A DNA stretch of 64,000 nucleotides, taken from contig CAWGYL010000002.1 of the NCBI GenBank assembly GCA_963826885.1, forward strand, positions 129,756 to 193,755, written 5' to 3'. The notes beneath the pieces are model-generated. The model worked only from the letters and a program-made list of their open reading frames with translations, had not been told where the DNA came from and ran no database searches. Each line of letters begins with the position of its first letter. Within the stretch, counting starts at the first letter, position 1. This document shows positions 17,067-29,213 of the stretch, piece after piece. The stretch is from Nitrospirota bacterium. Lineage in GTDB: Bacteria; Nitrospirota; UBA9217. The position numbers and the translations under genes were made by a program.

Positions 17067-19478
17067 CTATTCCCATCCCTCCTGCACAATCTTGCTTGAT
17101 TGGACATGTGGGAATTTTTCCGTAAGTTTATCGATCGGAAGCTTCTCGTCTCCAGCCCGCATGAAATGGAGCAGTGATACCGATGCCCAGTAATCGTTGT
17201 AGTACGCCGTATTTTTCAGCTGTATCGGCACTCCTTTTTTGTTCACCCGGTGGCAAGCCCCGCAGGTGACTGGCCCTGCATACTTTCCGTCGGGACTGAA
17301 TTGAAGAGCCTGCTGATGAGTCGTTCTATCCACGGTGCCGTCCTCTCCTTCAAAGCGCACCGGATAGAGTCCATGGATCGACTCGTGGCAGGACTGACAG
17401 GCAATGTTCCCGTGCGCCTTTGAATACCGGTACAGCGAATACTTGTTTGGCTGGTCGATGGGAAAATATGCACCCCCTTCGCTCTCTACAAAAGGCGCGA
17501 GATGGCAGTCCGCGCAGTGCGGTTCCCCCGCCGCGAGCCACCAATCCTGGCCTGCCGAGGCCCCGCCATAAGGCACGGCATCGCCTTCCTGTGCGTTCCA
17601 GGGAAGCAGCTTCAACTTCCCTTCGCTGTCCTTCGTGGCCTTCACTATCGTTGCACCGGTATGTTTCCCGTAATACGCGTAAAGAGGGTTCCCTTCTGCG
17701 TTCACGATCGGATCGGCATAGTATTGTCTGAACTTTTTCTCGTCTCCGTTTGCCACCGTTTTGACGACCTCGGCAAGGGATTTATTCCTGAGAGAAGCCC
17801 CTTCCTGGGTAGCTACATTCTGCAGATCATCACTGTTGTACAGCTCATGTGCAAGCTGATTATGGCAATTAGAACAGTAGAGGCCCCTTTTTTCCTTGAT
17901 CGGCTTCCCGAGTTCGTCTTTCATGCTCACTTCATGGAGATACCATTTTCCGACGCTGTTCAGGAAGAAGGGCGGTTTTACGTTCGGGTTTGTGTGGGCA
18001 TCGCGGCGTAGGTAGCACCCGCCGCCCGCTGTACGTACGTCGGCGTCCGAAAAACGCGGGTTCCCTTCTGTATCTACTATAACATAGGGGTTTGCAGGCA
18101 AGTTGTTCATTTTCTCTGGCTGCCAATGCGTGGGATGGCATGCCTGACAGCTCTGCGTTCTACCTGCCATGTCGGGCATTGGGATAAACCCTGCGTGCGC
18201 TCCATGGATCGCAACGGACAGCGCCTTTGCTTTCACTGTTTTGTATCCCGTTGCTGTTGGCCGCGGGGATTGCAGATTGCCGGAAACGTTGTTACCGTGA
18301 CAATCGGAGCAGTACACGGGGCCTACAGATCCGAGACGGTTCGTGGATGCATCGGACCGGTAATCCTTGAGAAAACTAGTGCCGTAATGCTTGTCATGCA
18401 ATTCAAGAACGTTGATGGCCGCCGCCGACGACCGCGCCATGAATTCTGACATATCGGAATAGTTCTTTTTCCAGTAGACGTATTCCTTGTCAAATAGTGA
18501 CAGTCCTTGCTTCCGTGACAATTTCGCCGCTTTGCCTTCGTCCGAGTGACACACATAGCAGTTCGGAATATCGACCGGATTTGTACCGAAGAACTCGACC
18601 GGTTTTCCCCCGGCAAGGATTGGTTTACCATTCTTGTCCTGCAACCGGACCACGGAGTACTGATAGGGCTGAAAATCGAGATCTGATACGGTGCGGATGG
18701 TTCCTTTTCTCCTGCTGTCGTTGAACGCGGTCATGGGAAGTCCGAGCGCATCCCACAGATACGAGGCCGTAAGCGTCAATTGGATGTTCTTGACGTCGGG
18801 GATAAGAGAGTCGGTGAAAACCTTGTTGCTTCCCGTGCTGCCTGCGTAGGTCAGATCCCCTCCGGAGAGATTTTTCCCCGTCGGCCCGGAATCGATGGGG
18901 ACCTGGATCTGCTTCCCCACAAAGAGCCGTTGTGCCTCAGTCGCGTCTGGGGGGATCGTGCCTTCGAGGTCCTTGTAGATAAAAAGGTGGGTCCAGACGT
19001 AATTCGCCATGTTGTCGCCGGGATCATTGCTCCTGCCCGTTCCGTAGACGTCCTTGCTCACCTGCCAGTAGCGCATTTTGTTCCCTTCACTGTAGCTGTT
19101 GTCCCTGACTGAGTAGGAAAGCTTTATACCGTCGTCGGGGGATATCAGCCCCGGCAATCGGCCATGTTCTCCGGTTTTGACCGCCTGCGCCTGGATGCTG
19201 TTGTAGGGGGGAATCACGCAGCAGTAGGAAATATCAAACCCCACGCAGTGCATCCCAAGCTCATAATTAATGAAAATGGCATAGGGGTCTTTGGGGTCAT
19301 AGAGCGTCTCGCTTTTTCCTGCCCCGTCCTTGACCGTCACCTGCTGCTCGAGGCTATGTCCGAAAGGAGGGTTGGAGTTATACAGAGTCTTCGTCTGCGC
19401 GTCAGCAGCAGGATACCCTGCAGCCACAAGAGCCACAACCAGAAAAAAACCGGTCAAAATCACGAAGTATCGCTTCAT
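17067..19478 (-). CDS. Large secreted multiheme c-type cytochrome with at least 7 CxxCH motifs (803 aa)
   Basis: Signal peptide MKRYFVILTGFFLVVALVAAG. CxxCH motifs: CYVCH, CSDCH, CQACH, CSNCH, CADCH, CQSCH, CGACH. Strong RBS aaaggagg. It is the first gene of the cytochrome/Rieske/cyt b operon. Confidence 0.75.
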   Translation of the reverse strand: MKRYFVILTGFFLVVALVAAGYPAADAQTKTLYNSNPPFGHSLEQQVTVKDGAGKSETLYDPKDPYAIFINYELGMHCVGFDISYCCVIPPYNSIQAQAVKTGEHGRLPGLISPDDGIKLSYSVRDNSYSEGNKMRYWQVSKDVYGTGRSNDPGDNMANYVWTHLFIYKDLEGTIPPDATEAQRLFVGKQIQVPIDSGPTGKNLSGGDLTYAGSTGSNKVFTDSLIPDVKNIQLTLTASYLWDALGLPMTAFNDSRRKGTIRTVSDLDFQPYQYSVVRLQDKNGKPILAGGKPVEFFGTNPVDIPNCYVCHSDEGKAAKLSRKQGLSLFDKEYVYWKKNYSDMSEFMARSSAAAINVLELHDKHYGTSFLKDYRSDASTNRLGSVGPVYCSDCHGNNVSGNLQSPRPTATGYKTVKAKALSVAIHGAHAGFIPMPDMAGRTQSCQACHPTHWQPEKMNNLPANPYVIVDTEGNPRFSDADVRTAGGGCYLRRDAHTNPNVKPPFFLNSVGKWYLHEVSMKDELGKPIKEKRGLYCSNCHNQLAHELYNSDDLQNVATQEGASLRNKSLAEVVKTVANGDEKKFRQYYADPIVNAEGNPLYAYYGKHTGATIVKATKDSEGKLKLLPWNAQEGDAVPYGGASAGQDWWLAAGEPHCADCHLAPFVESEGGAYFPIDQPNKYSLYRYSKAHGNIACQSCHESIHGLYPVRFEGEDGTVDRTTHQQALQFSPDGKYAGPVTCGACHRVNKKGVPIQLKNTAYYNDYWASVSLLHFMRAGDEKLPIDKLTEKFPHVQSSKIVQEGWE

Positions 19479-20251
19479 GATGTTCCTCCTTTTTCGGAAA
19501 TGCGTTTAGCGAATCTCCAGCAATCACTCCGGTTTCTGGATTTCCCAAGACATGCTTTCATAACTCATGCCGGACATAGCAGCTATCCAGTGCAATATAA
19601 TTGAGATTCAACGTTGCAATATCCTGAACGGCAGACATCTCAGGTGAGGTCGGCTTAAAGGATGAGACTTCCTTGAAATATCCTTTCATTGTTCGCAGCT
19701 TCAACACGCATTTTATCAGCTTGGTTAAAATGCCCGTCAAATATACGATTAAACTACCCAGAAAGTCCCGAGATAGAATGTTTTATAATAAATTGAACAT
19801 TTTATAAATAAGATCGCGGTTTGGAAAGGAAAAGAATGACGAATACTGAACAACTACCAAAAACATAGCTCGCGGCATGGATGATGTCAAGTGAACAGCA
19901 GTAAGTTACCTGACTATTGCAGCACGATTCCATCAGCGGTTTCCAGAAACAAGTTGAAGCACTAATCTGTCAGATTTTTTTCTGCATGAGTCCTTGTCCG
20001 TTTTCCGCTCATTGCCACTTTCATCATAATGAAAGTAACCATTTTGGGGAATCCTACTGTCTCAATTCCCGAAGTTATCAGCTACGCAAGATGTAACCAC
20101 AAAAAACAGCACAGGCTTGGCGGTTATTACTCATCTGATCGCGTCTGTAATATTATTTCTCATGCCGAGGTCATCGTTTTTTTCATCGTGGGTAGCAACC
20201 GCACCCACTATCTCTCAACGGCCCCTTCCAGCAGTTCCGCCCTTGATCCTA

Positions 20252-21145
20252 TTAATCCTCGGACTTCGGCATCCCGGCAGGAATCTTTACAAAGTCTTTC
20301 GGGATGAGGACGATCTCGATCCTTCTGTTTTTTGCTTTCCCTTCATCCAAGTTGTTCGCTGCGACCGGGCGGTACTCGGAGTACCCGCATGCGGACAGAC
20401 GCTCTGGACCTATGCCGCCATTCTGCAGATACCTTACCACGGTAGTCGCCCGCGCGGTGGAAAGTTCCCAATTCGTGGGAAATTTCGCTTCGAGACCCGA
20501 TCCAATGGGAACGTTGTCAGTATGACCTTCTATCCTAATCTGCTTGTCGGTCACCTTTTTCAGGATCCCCGCTACGCGGTCCAGGACCTTTTTGCCGTTT
20601 TTCTTTATCTCCGCGCTTCCCGAGTTAAAAAGGACCTTTTCCACCATGCTGAGCGTAAGTTTGTCCCTAAGTTGAGTAATAGTGACATCTCCCTTTTTTA
20701 TTTCCTCTTGCATTTCTCCTACCAAGCTGTCGTAGGTCTTCTTGAGTTCCGCGATGGACTTTTCCTTTTCCGCGCTTGCCGCTGCCTTCTCCCGTACAAG
20801 CTCATCTATATTCTCCTGCAGGCTGGAGACATCTACTTCCTTGTTGGCAAGTTTCGCCCTGAGCTCCACAATTTTTTTATCCAACTCGCCCGTCTTGGAT
20901 TTGAGGATCTCATTGAGGCCCTTGTTATCCTCCGAAAGGGCCTGACTCTGTTTTTTCAGATCGTCATATTCGTTCCTTAGCTTTGTCAGTTCATCTTCTT
21001 CCTGTTTCAGCCTGCCCTCCAGCGACGAAACATCCTTTTTGAGATTGTCTATGTCGGTAAGCCTATCCTTGTACTTTCCCGCAGAAACGCACCCAAAGAC
21101 GGCAAAGATTACAGAAAAAAGGATTATCAATCTTAGTTTCGCCAT
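20252..21145 (-). CDS. OmpA/MotB-domain lipoprotein with an N-terminal coiled-coil region
   Basis: Lipoprotein signal (AVFGCVS). A long heptad-rich coiled coil precedes a C-terminal OmpA-like domain (NWELSTARATTVVRYL...NRRIEIVL). The likely start is MAKLRLII with RBS aaaggagg; the ORF track extends further upstream. Confidence 0.75.
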   Translation of the reverse strand: MAKLRLIILFSVIFAVFGCVSAGKYKDRLTDIDNLKKDVSSLEGRLKQEEDELTKLRNEYDDLKKQSQALSEDNKGLNEILKSKTGELDKKIVELRAKLANKEVDVSSLQENIDELVREKAAASAEKEKSIAELKKTYDSLVGEMQEEIKKGDVTITQLRDKLTLSMVEKVLFNSGSAEIKKNGKKVLDRVAGILKKVTDKQIRIEGHTDNVPIGSGLEAKFPTNWELSTARATTVVRYLQNGGIGPERLSACGYSEYRPVAANNLDEGKAKNRRIEIVLIPKDFVKIPAGMPKSED

Positions 21146-22420
21146 GACCGCATGCCTCCTTTTCTGAAATGGTGGTTTGGCCTGCATCTTTATGTTACAT
21201 AACAAGACTTTTTGTCGACAAAACCATTTCTCCTGTACGCCATTCATTGAGAAGAAGTCAACTTTAACACGTCTCTGCAAACTGTTAACTCAGTTTCCAA
21301 TCCGATTTTTTCCAGGCGTAGCACAGTTTCCTTGACCACGACAAACCATGCTGCCGTGGTTGACGAAGCGGTGAAGAGAGAATCAAGGACAAAGATTGTG
21401 GCAGTCACAAGAAGGATATTGTGCCAGCCAACGCAATCTGACAGGAGATCATCGGCTGCTGCGCCTGCCAATGCTCCGAGTGAGGGCCACTCACCATAAT
21501 CTCCTCACAGATCGCGGCAAGTCTGAAATCTGCCTTGATGAATAGCATGGAACCTGAGATTACTTCAACATTTTATCCGAAAGAAGACGTCTAAGAGCAG
21601 AGATGACCGCGGAAATGTAAATAAAGCGCTAGTTGCTATCTTTCCTGTTTCTTAGCACCTGTCGTCCTTGCTAAAGCATCAGACGCGCCCCCCAAGAATA
21701 CTGTACATTAAGATCGTCAGCACCAGGAGTGTCACAACGACGTAGGTGCGGTCACCTTGCCGAAGAAAAGCAAACATCGAGAATGCAACCCGAGTAACGG
21801 GGGTCGCGATCAGCAGCAGGAGCCCCAGTTGAATCAGTCCACGCCTGCGAAATGATAGGACATCTGCCAGGATCCCATGTACCGTACGCAGATCGGTGGG
21901 CTCCCCTCGAAAAATACGGTAATCAGGACATGCCGAGCAACACGAGCTACAATGGAGCAGAAAGAGTCGAAAAGCCAGTCAGGTGTTGACGCTGCATCCG
22001 GCAAACGAGCAGGCTAAACTTCTATTGCCTCAGCGATGGCATTCTCGACAAGCGAAAGGAGATCGCACATAACGCCAATGTTTCCAGTGTAGCGCACCTG
22101 GTACCCTGGACACAAGAAATAGTTAAGCGGCGGCCATCAATTAATGTTCTTTGTCGACTGCATATATTCTTCCTGATAACCGTCGAGCCCTCAAATAGTC
22201 CGTTCCTGATAAGTTATCGGTCGTGCAGATATCCGGCCGGTTCATGCTGTACAGCAATTATTTGCCACAGCCCCGGAAAGCCAAAAATCACCAGGATGCA
22301 CCCGAGTGACAGTGTTGCACACGTCTGCCACCTCTCCGAGCGGCCTGCAGGAAGTAGGGTCTAACAAGCGATATAATTATAAAAGAAGCCAACATCAGGA
22401 TAGAGGAGAGGAAAATAACA

Positions 22421-22795
22421 ATGATAACCTGGATTAATAAGCCGCAGGTAGCACGGAAAGCATCAAGATTAGCACTAGGTATCGGCCTTGTATTTGTCCT
22501 TTCGGCCTGTGCGAACATTGGCCACGATTTCGCTGCATCAAAAGTATACGATATTCGTATTGGGAAAACTACTCAGGCTGAGATCCTAGCCTTGTTCGGA
22601 CAGCCCTGGAGGGTAGGAATTGAGGATGGCAAGCTGAGATGGACTTACGGGAGCTACTACTACAGCGCATTCAGCGAGGCGAAGACGAAAGACCTTGTTG
22701 TCCGTTTTGATGCGAACAATATCGTCACTTCTTACACATTCAACACTACCGACGCCGCTGAGATAAGGATGCCTCAAAGCACTGCACGGCAATAA
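22421..22795 (+). CDS. BamE/SmpA-OmlA-like small lipoprotein
   Basis: Lipobox LSAC. IRIGKTTQAEILALFGQPWRV...KLRWTY resembles the BamE fold motif. RBS ggagagga. Confidence 0.5.
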   Translation: MITWINKPQVARKASRLALGIGLVFVLSACANIGHDFAASKVYDIRIGKTTQAEILALFGQPWRVGIEDGKLRWTYGSYYYSAFSEAKTKDLVVRFDANNIVTSYTFNTTDAAEIRMPQSTARQ

Positions 22796-22958
22796 ACATG
22801 ACTATTAAGTTCGCATGTTCGCAGAAAATTCTGGCGACTCAATAGCAGGACGGATGATTTCTCCTGTATTCCTCGCAGAAAAAGTGAAAGGACAGCCACT
22901 GTAAAATGGGTGCCTGACTCGTTGGAGCACAATCCTAACCAAGGATGGGAACATTCGC

Positions 22959-24209
22959 ATGAGAAGGATACAAGGTTTTGCCTATTGGCTATTGCCGCTA
23001 ATACTGGGGATTGTAATCGGTGCGTTATTCCGTCAATTTATTCTTCTGGATCCCGTGCCGTCGGCAGATATCCCCGAAGCAGCAACTCCGGAATTTCGAC
23101 TGATGGCTGAGGCTTGGAACGCTATCGAGCAGCAATACGTAGATCAGTCCGCCGTACAACCGAAAACGATGACCTATGGCGCGATCAGCGGCATGGTGGA
23201 ATCCCTTGGCGACACCGGCCACAGCGTCTTTCTGACCCCGGATATGGTGCAGGACGAAAACAGCCTGGAGCGTGGCGAATTCGCCGGCATAGGAGCCGAG
23301 CTTCAGGTGAAAAATAAACAATTGATTATTGTTGCGCCCATGGACGGCTCACCTGCTCAAAAAGCCGGTATTCGTCCCGGCGACGTGATTAAAAAGGTTG
23401 ACGCCCACAGTGTAGAAGGCTTGCCGTTACCACAGGTTGTCGGCAAAATTAAAGGCCCCGCCGGCACGCGGGTATCGCTGACTATAATGAGTCCATCAAC
23501 GGGGCTGGAACGGACAATCGAGATCATCCGCGCAAAAATAAAGATTCGCAGCATTACCTGGCTGAAGCTCCCGGGCACCGATCTGGCGCATGTGCGGATT
23601 GCTGTTTTCAGCAATGGAACGTCTAAGGCAATGGAAACAGCGCTCGCTGAGATCGAACGCAGCGGGGTAAAAGGACTGATTCTCGATCTCCGGAACGATC
23701 CCGGAGGCCTTCTGGACATGGCCGTGGGTGTGGAAAGCCAATTTCTGCAAGACGGGGACGCGCTGTTGGAAAAGGATGCTCACGGCAAGGTTCGGCCAGT
23801 GTCCCTTGACGGCGGCGTCAAAAAATGCAACCTCCCCCTTGTGGTTCTTATAAACGAAGGGACCGCGAGCGCGGCAGAGATCGTGGCTGGCGCTCTCCAG
23901 GATGCCATGCGTGCAACGCTTCTAGGTGAAACCACATTCGGAACCGGGACGGTCTTGAAAACCATCCCGCTCTCCGACGGATCTGCTGTGCAGCTTGCCT
24001 TCCTGGAATGGCTTACCCCGAAGGGCCGCACGATCTGGCATAAAGGCATCACACCGGATATTACAGTTTCGCTTTCCGAAGGTGCATCGCCATTGCTCCC
24101 GGAAGCGGAACGGAATATCACTCCCGAAGATTTGAATACAAGTAAAGACACTCAATTGCTTCGTGCGATCGAATTCATGCAGGGCAACATTCCCACTCAT
24201 CGAAATTGA
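22959..24209 (+). CDS. S41-family C-terminal processing (tail-specific) peptidase
   Basis: N-terminal TM anchor. PDZ domain (GIGAELQV...GSPAQKAGIRPGDVIKKVD), then LILDLRNDPGGLLD and GTASAAEIVAGALQD, which are the S41 Ser/Lys dyad region. Confidence 0.8.
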   Translation: MRRIQGFAYWLLPLILGIVIGALFRQFILLDPVPSADIPEAATPEFRLMAEAWNAIEQQYVDQSAVQPKTMTYGAISGMVESLGDTGHSVFLTPDMVQDENSLERGEFAGIGAELQVKNKQLIIVAPMDGSPAQKAGIRPGDVIKKVDAHSVEGLPLPQVVGKIKGPAGTRVSLTIMSPSTGLERTIEIIRAKIKIRSITWLKLPGTDLAHVRIAVFSNGTSKAMETALAEIERSGVKGLILDLRNDPGGLLDMAVGVESQFLQDGDALLEKDAHGKVRPVSLDGGVKKCNLPLVVLINEGTASAAEIVAGALQDAMRATLLGETTFGTGTVLKTIPLSDGSAVQLAFLEWLTPKGRTIWHKGITPDITVSLSEGASPLLPEAERNITPEDLNTSKDTQLLRAIEFMQGNIPTHRN

Positions 24210-24327
24210 TCAATCATGATGCCCGAACGCTTCTCTATCGGGTGGCAACGTCTATAATTTCAAGCCGGATAATGTCATCGAGATCACGTTTAAAGGGAAT
24301 CGATTTTAAAGTAGAAATCGGTACGGA

Positions 24328-24912
24328 CTAATAAGTGATCACGTTTACGCCAAACAAACGGAAATTATACTTAAGATCGCAATAACCTTTAGAATCGAGA
24401 CTGAAGGCCTTGGGATTCAATATTAGTTCAACACAAGAGGCGGGGCTATGCATCACCGCATCCATCAGTTTTGTTGACTTTATGGCATAGAGCTTACCAT
24501 CATCCGACGCTATGTATATGGCCCCATCAGCACCGATGACGGGGGAAGAGTACAAATAACCTCCTATCGTATAACTCCACTTGAGCCTGCCATCTGGGTT
24601 TATTGCATAGAGGTTGCCATCATCCGACGCTATGTACACAGTCCCATCTGCACCGATGACAGGGGAGGAGTACAAGTTACTTTCTGTTGCATAGTTCCAC
24701 TTGAGCCTGCCATTGGGGTTTATTGCATAGAGTTTACCATCATTCGACGCTATGTACGCGGTCCCATCTGCAACGATCGCGGTGGAGGATGACAAGGGAC
24801 TTTCTATTGAATATCTCCACTTGCAAGCGCCATCGTTCAACAAGGTCCTTCGAAATCGGATAGACACAGCCCTGAAGAAGCATGACAGAGCCAAAGAGCA
24901 AGACAATCGTTT
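24328..24912 (-). pseudogene. PQQ-like beta-propeller repeat lipoprotein with an apparent frameshift just after the signal peptide
   Basis: A lipoprotein signal MKTIVLLFGSVMLLQGC starts at 24912 in one frame. The repeats NDG.LYAINP.GRLKW.Y...YSSPVIGADG.VYIAS continue in another frame (the ORF-track frame 24328-24906). The frame switch occurs around 24830-24850. Confidence 0.5.
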
Positions 24913-25017
24913 TCATAAACAGCCACTTTCTTTAAGACTAGGCCGACTTTTGCCGCCATCTCGCTCAGAAACCCGGTCTCGGATTCGTCGGAGAGCAATC
25001 TATCTTTGCAGGCCCGC

Positions 25018-27687
25018 TCAGGGTCCCGGGTTCGGCCCCAGCGTTACTTGAACAAACCCGTCCGGCCGAATCCACTCGGCAAAGGCTTTTTGCACCTGTT
25101 TATCCGTAAATTTCAGGTACAGCGCTGCAGCGCGGACCGGCTCATCAAGCGGCAAGTCTTCCTGGGAACGCGACAGCATTCCCTGGGCGATGCTGTCCGT
25201 GCTGGCTTCTGAAAGAGGCAACTGTCGTATCAACAAGATTTTAGCCCGCCGCAATTCAGTTTGAGTAACGGGGGCAGTTTGCATTGTTCTCAGGTCGCGT
25301 TCCACCATGGTACGGGCCTTGGTAACGTTCGGAGGATCGCAGGCAAAGAAGACTCCGAAAAGTGAGCGAGTCTTTCGCGCTTCAATGAAGGACTCCACCG
25401 TATAGACCAGACCGGCCTGCTCGCGCAGATCATGATACAGCCGGGTAGCGTAAAATGCGCCTGACAACACGTGATTGCCGAGCACCAGTTTGTAATAATC
25501 CGGGTTGGAACGCGTGATGCCAATCGTCTCCGCCAGTGTTACCTGGTTCTGGACCATGCTCGCATCGGGCACAACGGCTAAAGAGGACTTGTTGGGTGGT
25601 ACCGGAGGGAGGTCCGTCTCCGGTTTCGGGCCGTGCGACTTCCACGAACCGAGATACTTTTCAACGATATCCTTGGCCTGTTCCGGAGTTGTCCGACCGA
25701 TGACAACGATCGTCGCCAGGTCGGGGCGAAACACCGTATCATAATAAGACCTGAGGTCTTTTAACGAAAGCGAGCTTACCGTCTCAGGCAAAGCCTGACG
25801 GAGCGACGGATCATTCTTGGGATAGAGCGCTTCACGAAGTGCGCGTCTTGAAAGATAGGGAGGGCTTTTTAGCAGACCGGGCAGTGAGTTTAATTTTTCC
25901 TGCCGCACGATCTCGAACGCGGGATCGGGAAGAGCGGGATTCAGCAAATTATCGGCAAGAAGCGCCATCCCGCGGTCAAAGTGGTCGGAGAGGACCCTGA
26001 GCGAGAAACTCGCACCAGCCGAGATGGTTGCTCCGATATCGTCCTGTGCCTTCTGAAACGTCAGTCTGTCGAGGGACATCGTACCGTACGAGAACAGACT
26101 ATCCAGGAGATCGGCGACCCCTTCCTTTCCCAAAGGCTCTTCCAACTCCGGCTTGTTCTTGATCTGCCCCATGACGGTAACTGTAGAACTCACGTTTTCC
26201 GGTTGGACGATCAAACGGATACCATTGGGCAAGGTATAGAATGTGGGTTTGACACTGGAAATTGGAACGCCTGGCAATGCTTCAACTCTTCTCGCCCAAA
26301 CAGGAAGTTTGGCATGAGTGGTCACTGTTGGGGCGAATGATTCCTCGCCGCCAAACCCTTTTGCCGACACCGGCATCCCCGAAGGACGCGGTGTAAGAAT
26401 GGCTGTAATCGCAGTATCATTCACGAGGTACTCCCGGAGAACGCGGTCCACATCTTCAACCGTCACTTTTTTGATCGCCGCAATATCGTCATCCGGAGAA
26501 GAGCGACCCTCCACGGCAAGTGCCTGCGACCAAACCGCAGCGAGTCCGGAAATGGAGTTGGCCTGAAATTCAGCGTCCGTAATCTCATGGCGCTTTGACG
26601 CCTCAACGATATCGGCCGGGACCCCGAATCTTGCATATTCAGCCACTATAGTTTTTATGGTGGCAACCAGCACAGTACCATCCCCTCCAGAGGGAAATGC
26701 TGCTGTGGCATACCCGAATGATGCTTTTGGAAGCGACCCGCCGTCGAACCCGGTGAAGAGCGCCTTACCTTCAGTAACCAGTGTGTAAAGATTTCCCCGC
26801 CGACTGTCCAGAACATCAGCCAGAATTTGCCCAGCCGCATAGTCAGGGCTATCGTAGCCGGGCAGACGGAATGCCACAATGGCAAGCCCATAGGGAAGGT
26901 CGGTATCGAGTTTGATCGAAGTCGGCCTGAGTGCCTCAAGATGAATATCCGGGCGCGGTGGCAAGGCTTTCGCAGGGATAGATTCGAACAGTTCCTTCAC
27001 CTTTTCCAGGGTCCTGGCCGGCTCTACATCACCCGTAATAATAAGAATAGCATTGTTCGGTGCATACCACCTGTCGTGGAATTCCTTGAGCATTGCACCG
27101 GTCGTCTTATCGAATGAAGGGCGTGTGCCCAGAGCATCATGGGCATAGGGCGTATTGCTGAACACGTTTTCCAGAAGCCGTGTGGAAAAAACGTACTCAG
27201 GACTCGAAAGGTCCCGTGCTACCTCCTGCTCGATTGCTCCGCGTTCTTTTGCCCAAAGCTCTTCTGTGTCAAGGACACCACGCATGCGCACCGCTTCCAC
27301 CTTCAGTGCAACATCTATGTCATCCTTGGGCACCGTGAGGAAATACTGGGTCACGGTCTGCTGAGTGTCTGCGTTAAACTCGCCTCCCATCAAGGCGATA
27401 ATGTTTGCAAGTTGGTCCGCAGAGAGGCCCGGGCTGCCGCGAAACATCATATGTTCCTGGGCATGAGCCATTCCCGGGAAACCATCGGGCGCTTCATTTG
27501 AACCCACGAGATAGTTCACTTCCGTAGAAACCACGGGTGCCAGATCGTTCGGCACGATCACCACGCGCAGACCGTTCGCAAGAGTCGCGCGGATAACATC
27601 AGCGGCTGCGGCTACGTGCGCTGACATCGACAAAAGAAGAAACCATATGACTGCCCCGTATATTAAACTTACTTTCCAGTTACGCAT
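25018..27687 (-). CDS. Secreted M16-family (pitrilysin/insulinase-like) zinc peptidase, tandem two-unit type
   Basis: Signal peptide, HAQEHMMFRG inverted zinc-binding motif (HxxEH), and about 890 aa consistent with two M16 active/inactive domain pairs. Likely start MRNWKV at 27687 with RBS gaaagga. Confidence 0.8.
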   Translation of the reverse strand: MRNWKVSLIYGAVIWFLLLSMSAHVAAAADVIRATLANGLRVVIVPNDLAPVVSTEVNYLVGSNEAPDGFPGMAHAQEHMMFRGSPGLSADQLANIIALMGGEFNADTQQTVTQYFLTVPKDDIDVALKVEAVRMRGVLDTEELWAKERGAIEQEVARDLSSPEYVFSTRLLENVFSNTPYAHDALGTRPSFDKTTGAMLKEFHDRWYAPNNAILIITGDVEPARTLEKVKELFESIPAKALPPRPDIHLEALRPTSIKLDTDLPYGLAIVAFRLPGYDSPDYAAGQILADVLDSRRGNLYTLVTEGKALFTGFDGGSLPKASFGYATAAFPSGGDGTVLVATIKTIVAEYARFGVPADIVEASKRHEITDAEFQANSISGLAAVWSQALAVEGRSSPDDDIAAIKKVTVEDVDRVLREYLVNDTAITAILTPRPSGMPVSAKGFGGEESFAPTVTTHAKLPVWARRVEALPGVPISSVKPTFYTLPNGIRLIVQPENVSSTVTVMGQIKNKPELEEPLGKEGVADLLDSLFSYGTMSLDRLTFQKAQDDIGATISAGASFSLRVLSDHFDRGMALLADNLLNPALPDPAFEIVRQEKLNSLPGLLKSPPYLSRRALREALYPKNDPSLRQALPETVSSLSLKDLRSYYDTVFRPDLATIVVIGRTTPEQAKDIVEKYLGSWKSHGPKPETDLPPVPPNKSSLAVVPDASMVQNQVTLAETIGITRSNPDYYKLVLGNHVLSGAFYATRLYHDLREQAGLVYTVESFIEARKTRSLFGVFFACDPPNVTKARTMVERDLRTMQTAPVTQTELRRAKILLIRQLPLSEASTDSIAQGMLSRSQEDLPLDEPVRAAALYLKFTDKQVQKAFAEWIRPDGFVQVTLGPNPGP

Positions 27688-27752
27688 ACGAATTCCTTTC
27701 TGACTGATTTCAGCCCTGTTAATCTTCAAGTGGAAGAAAGTGCGATAATCCC

Positions 27753-29213
<1,461 letters not shown>

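Noticed and set aside
16683-17099. 138-aa plus-strand ORF between the cytochrome genes
   Set aside because: Sits in the 356-bp intergenic gap, in opposite orientation to the operon. It has no RBS and Cys/Leu-rich random-looking composition.
20117-20980. 287-aa plus-strand ORF
   Set aside because: Lies entirely antisense to the well-supported OmpA-domain lipoprotein gene (20252-21145), has no motifs and has low-complexity composition. It is a shadow ORF.
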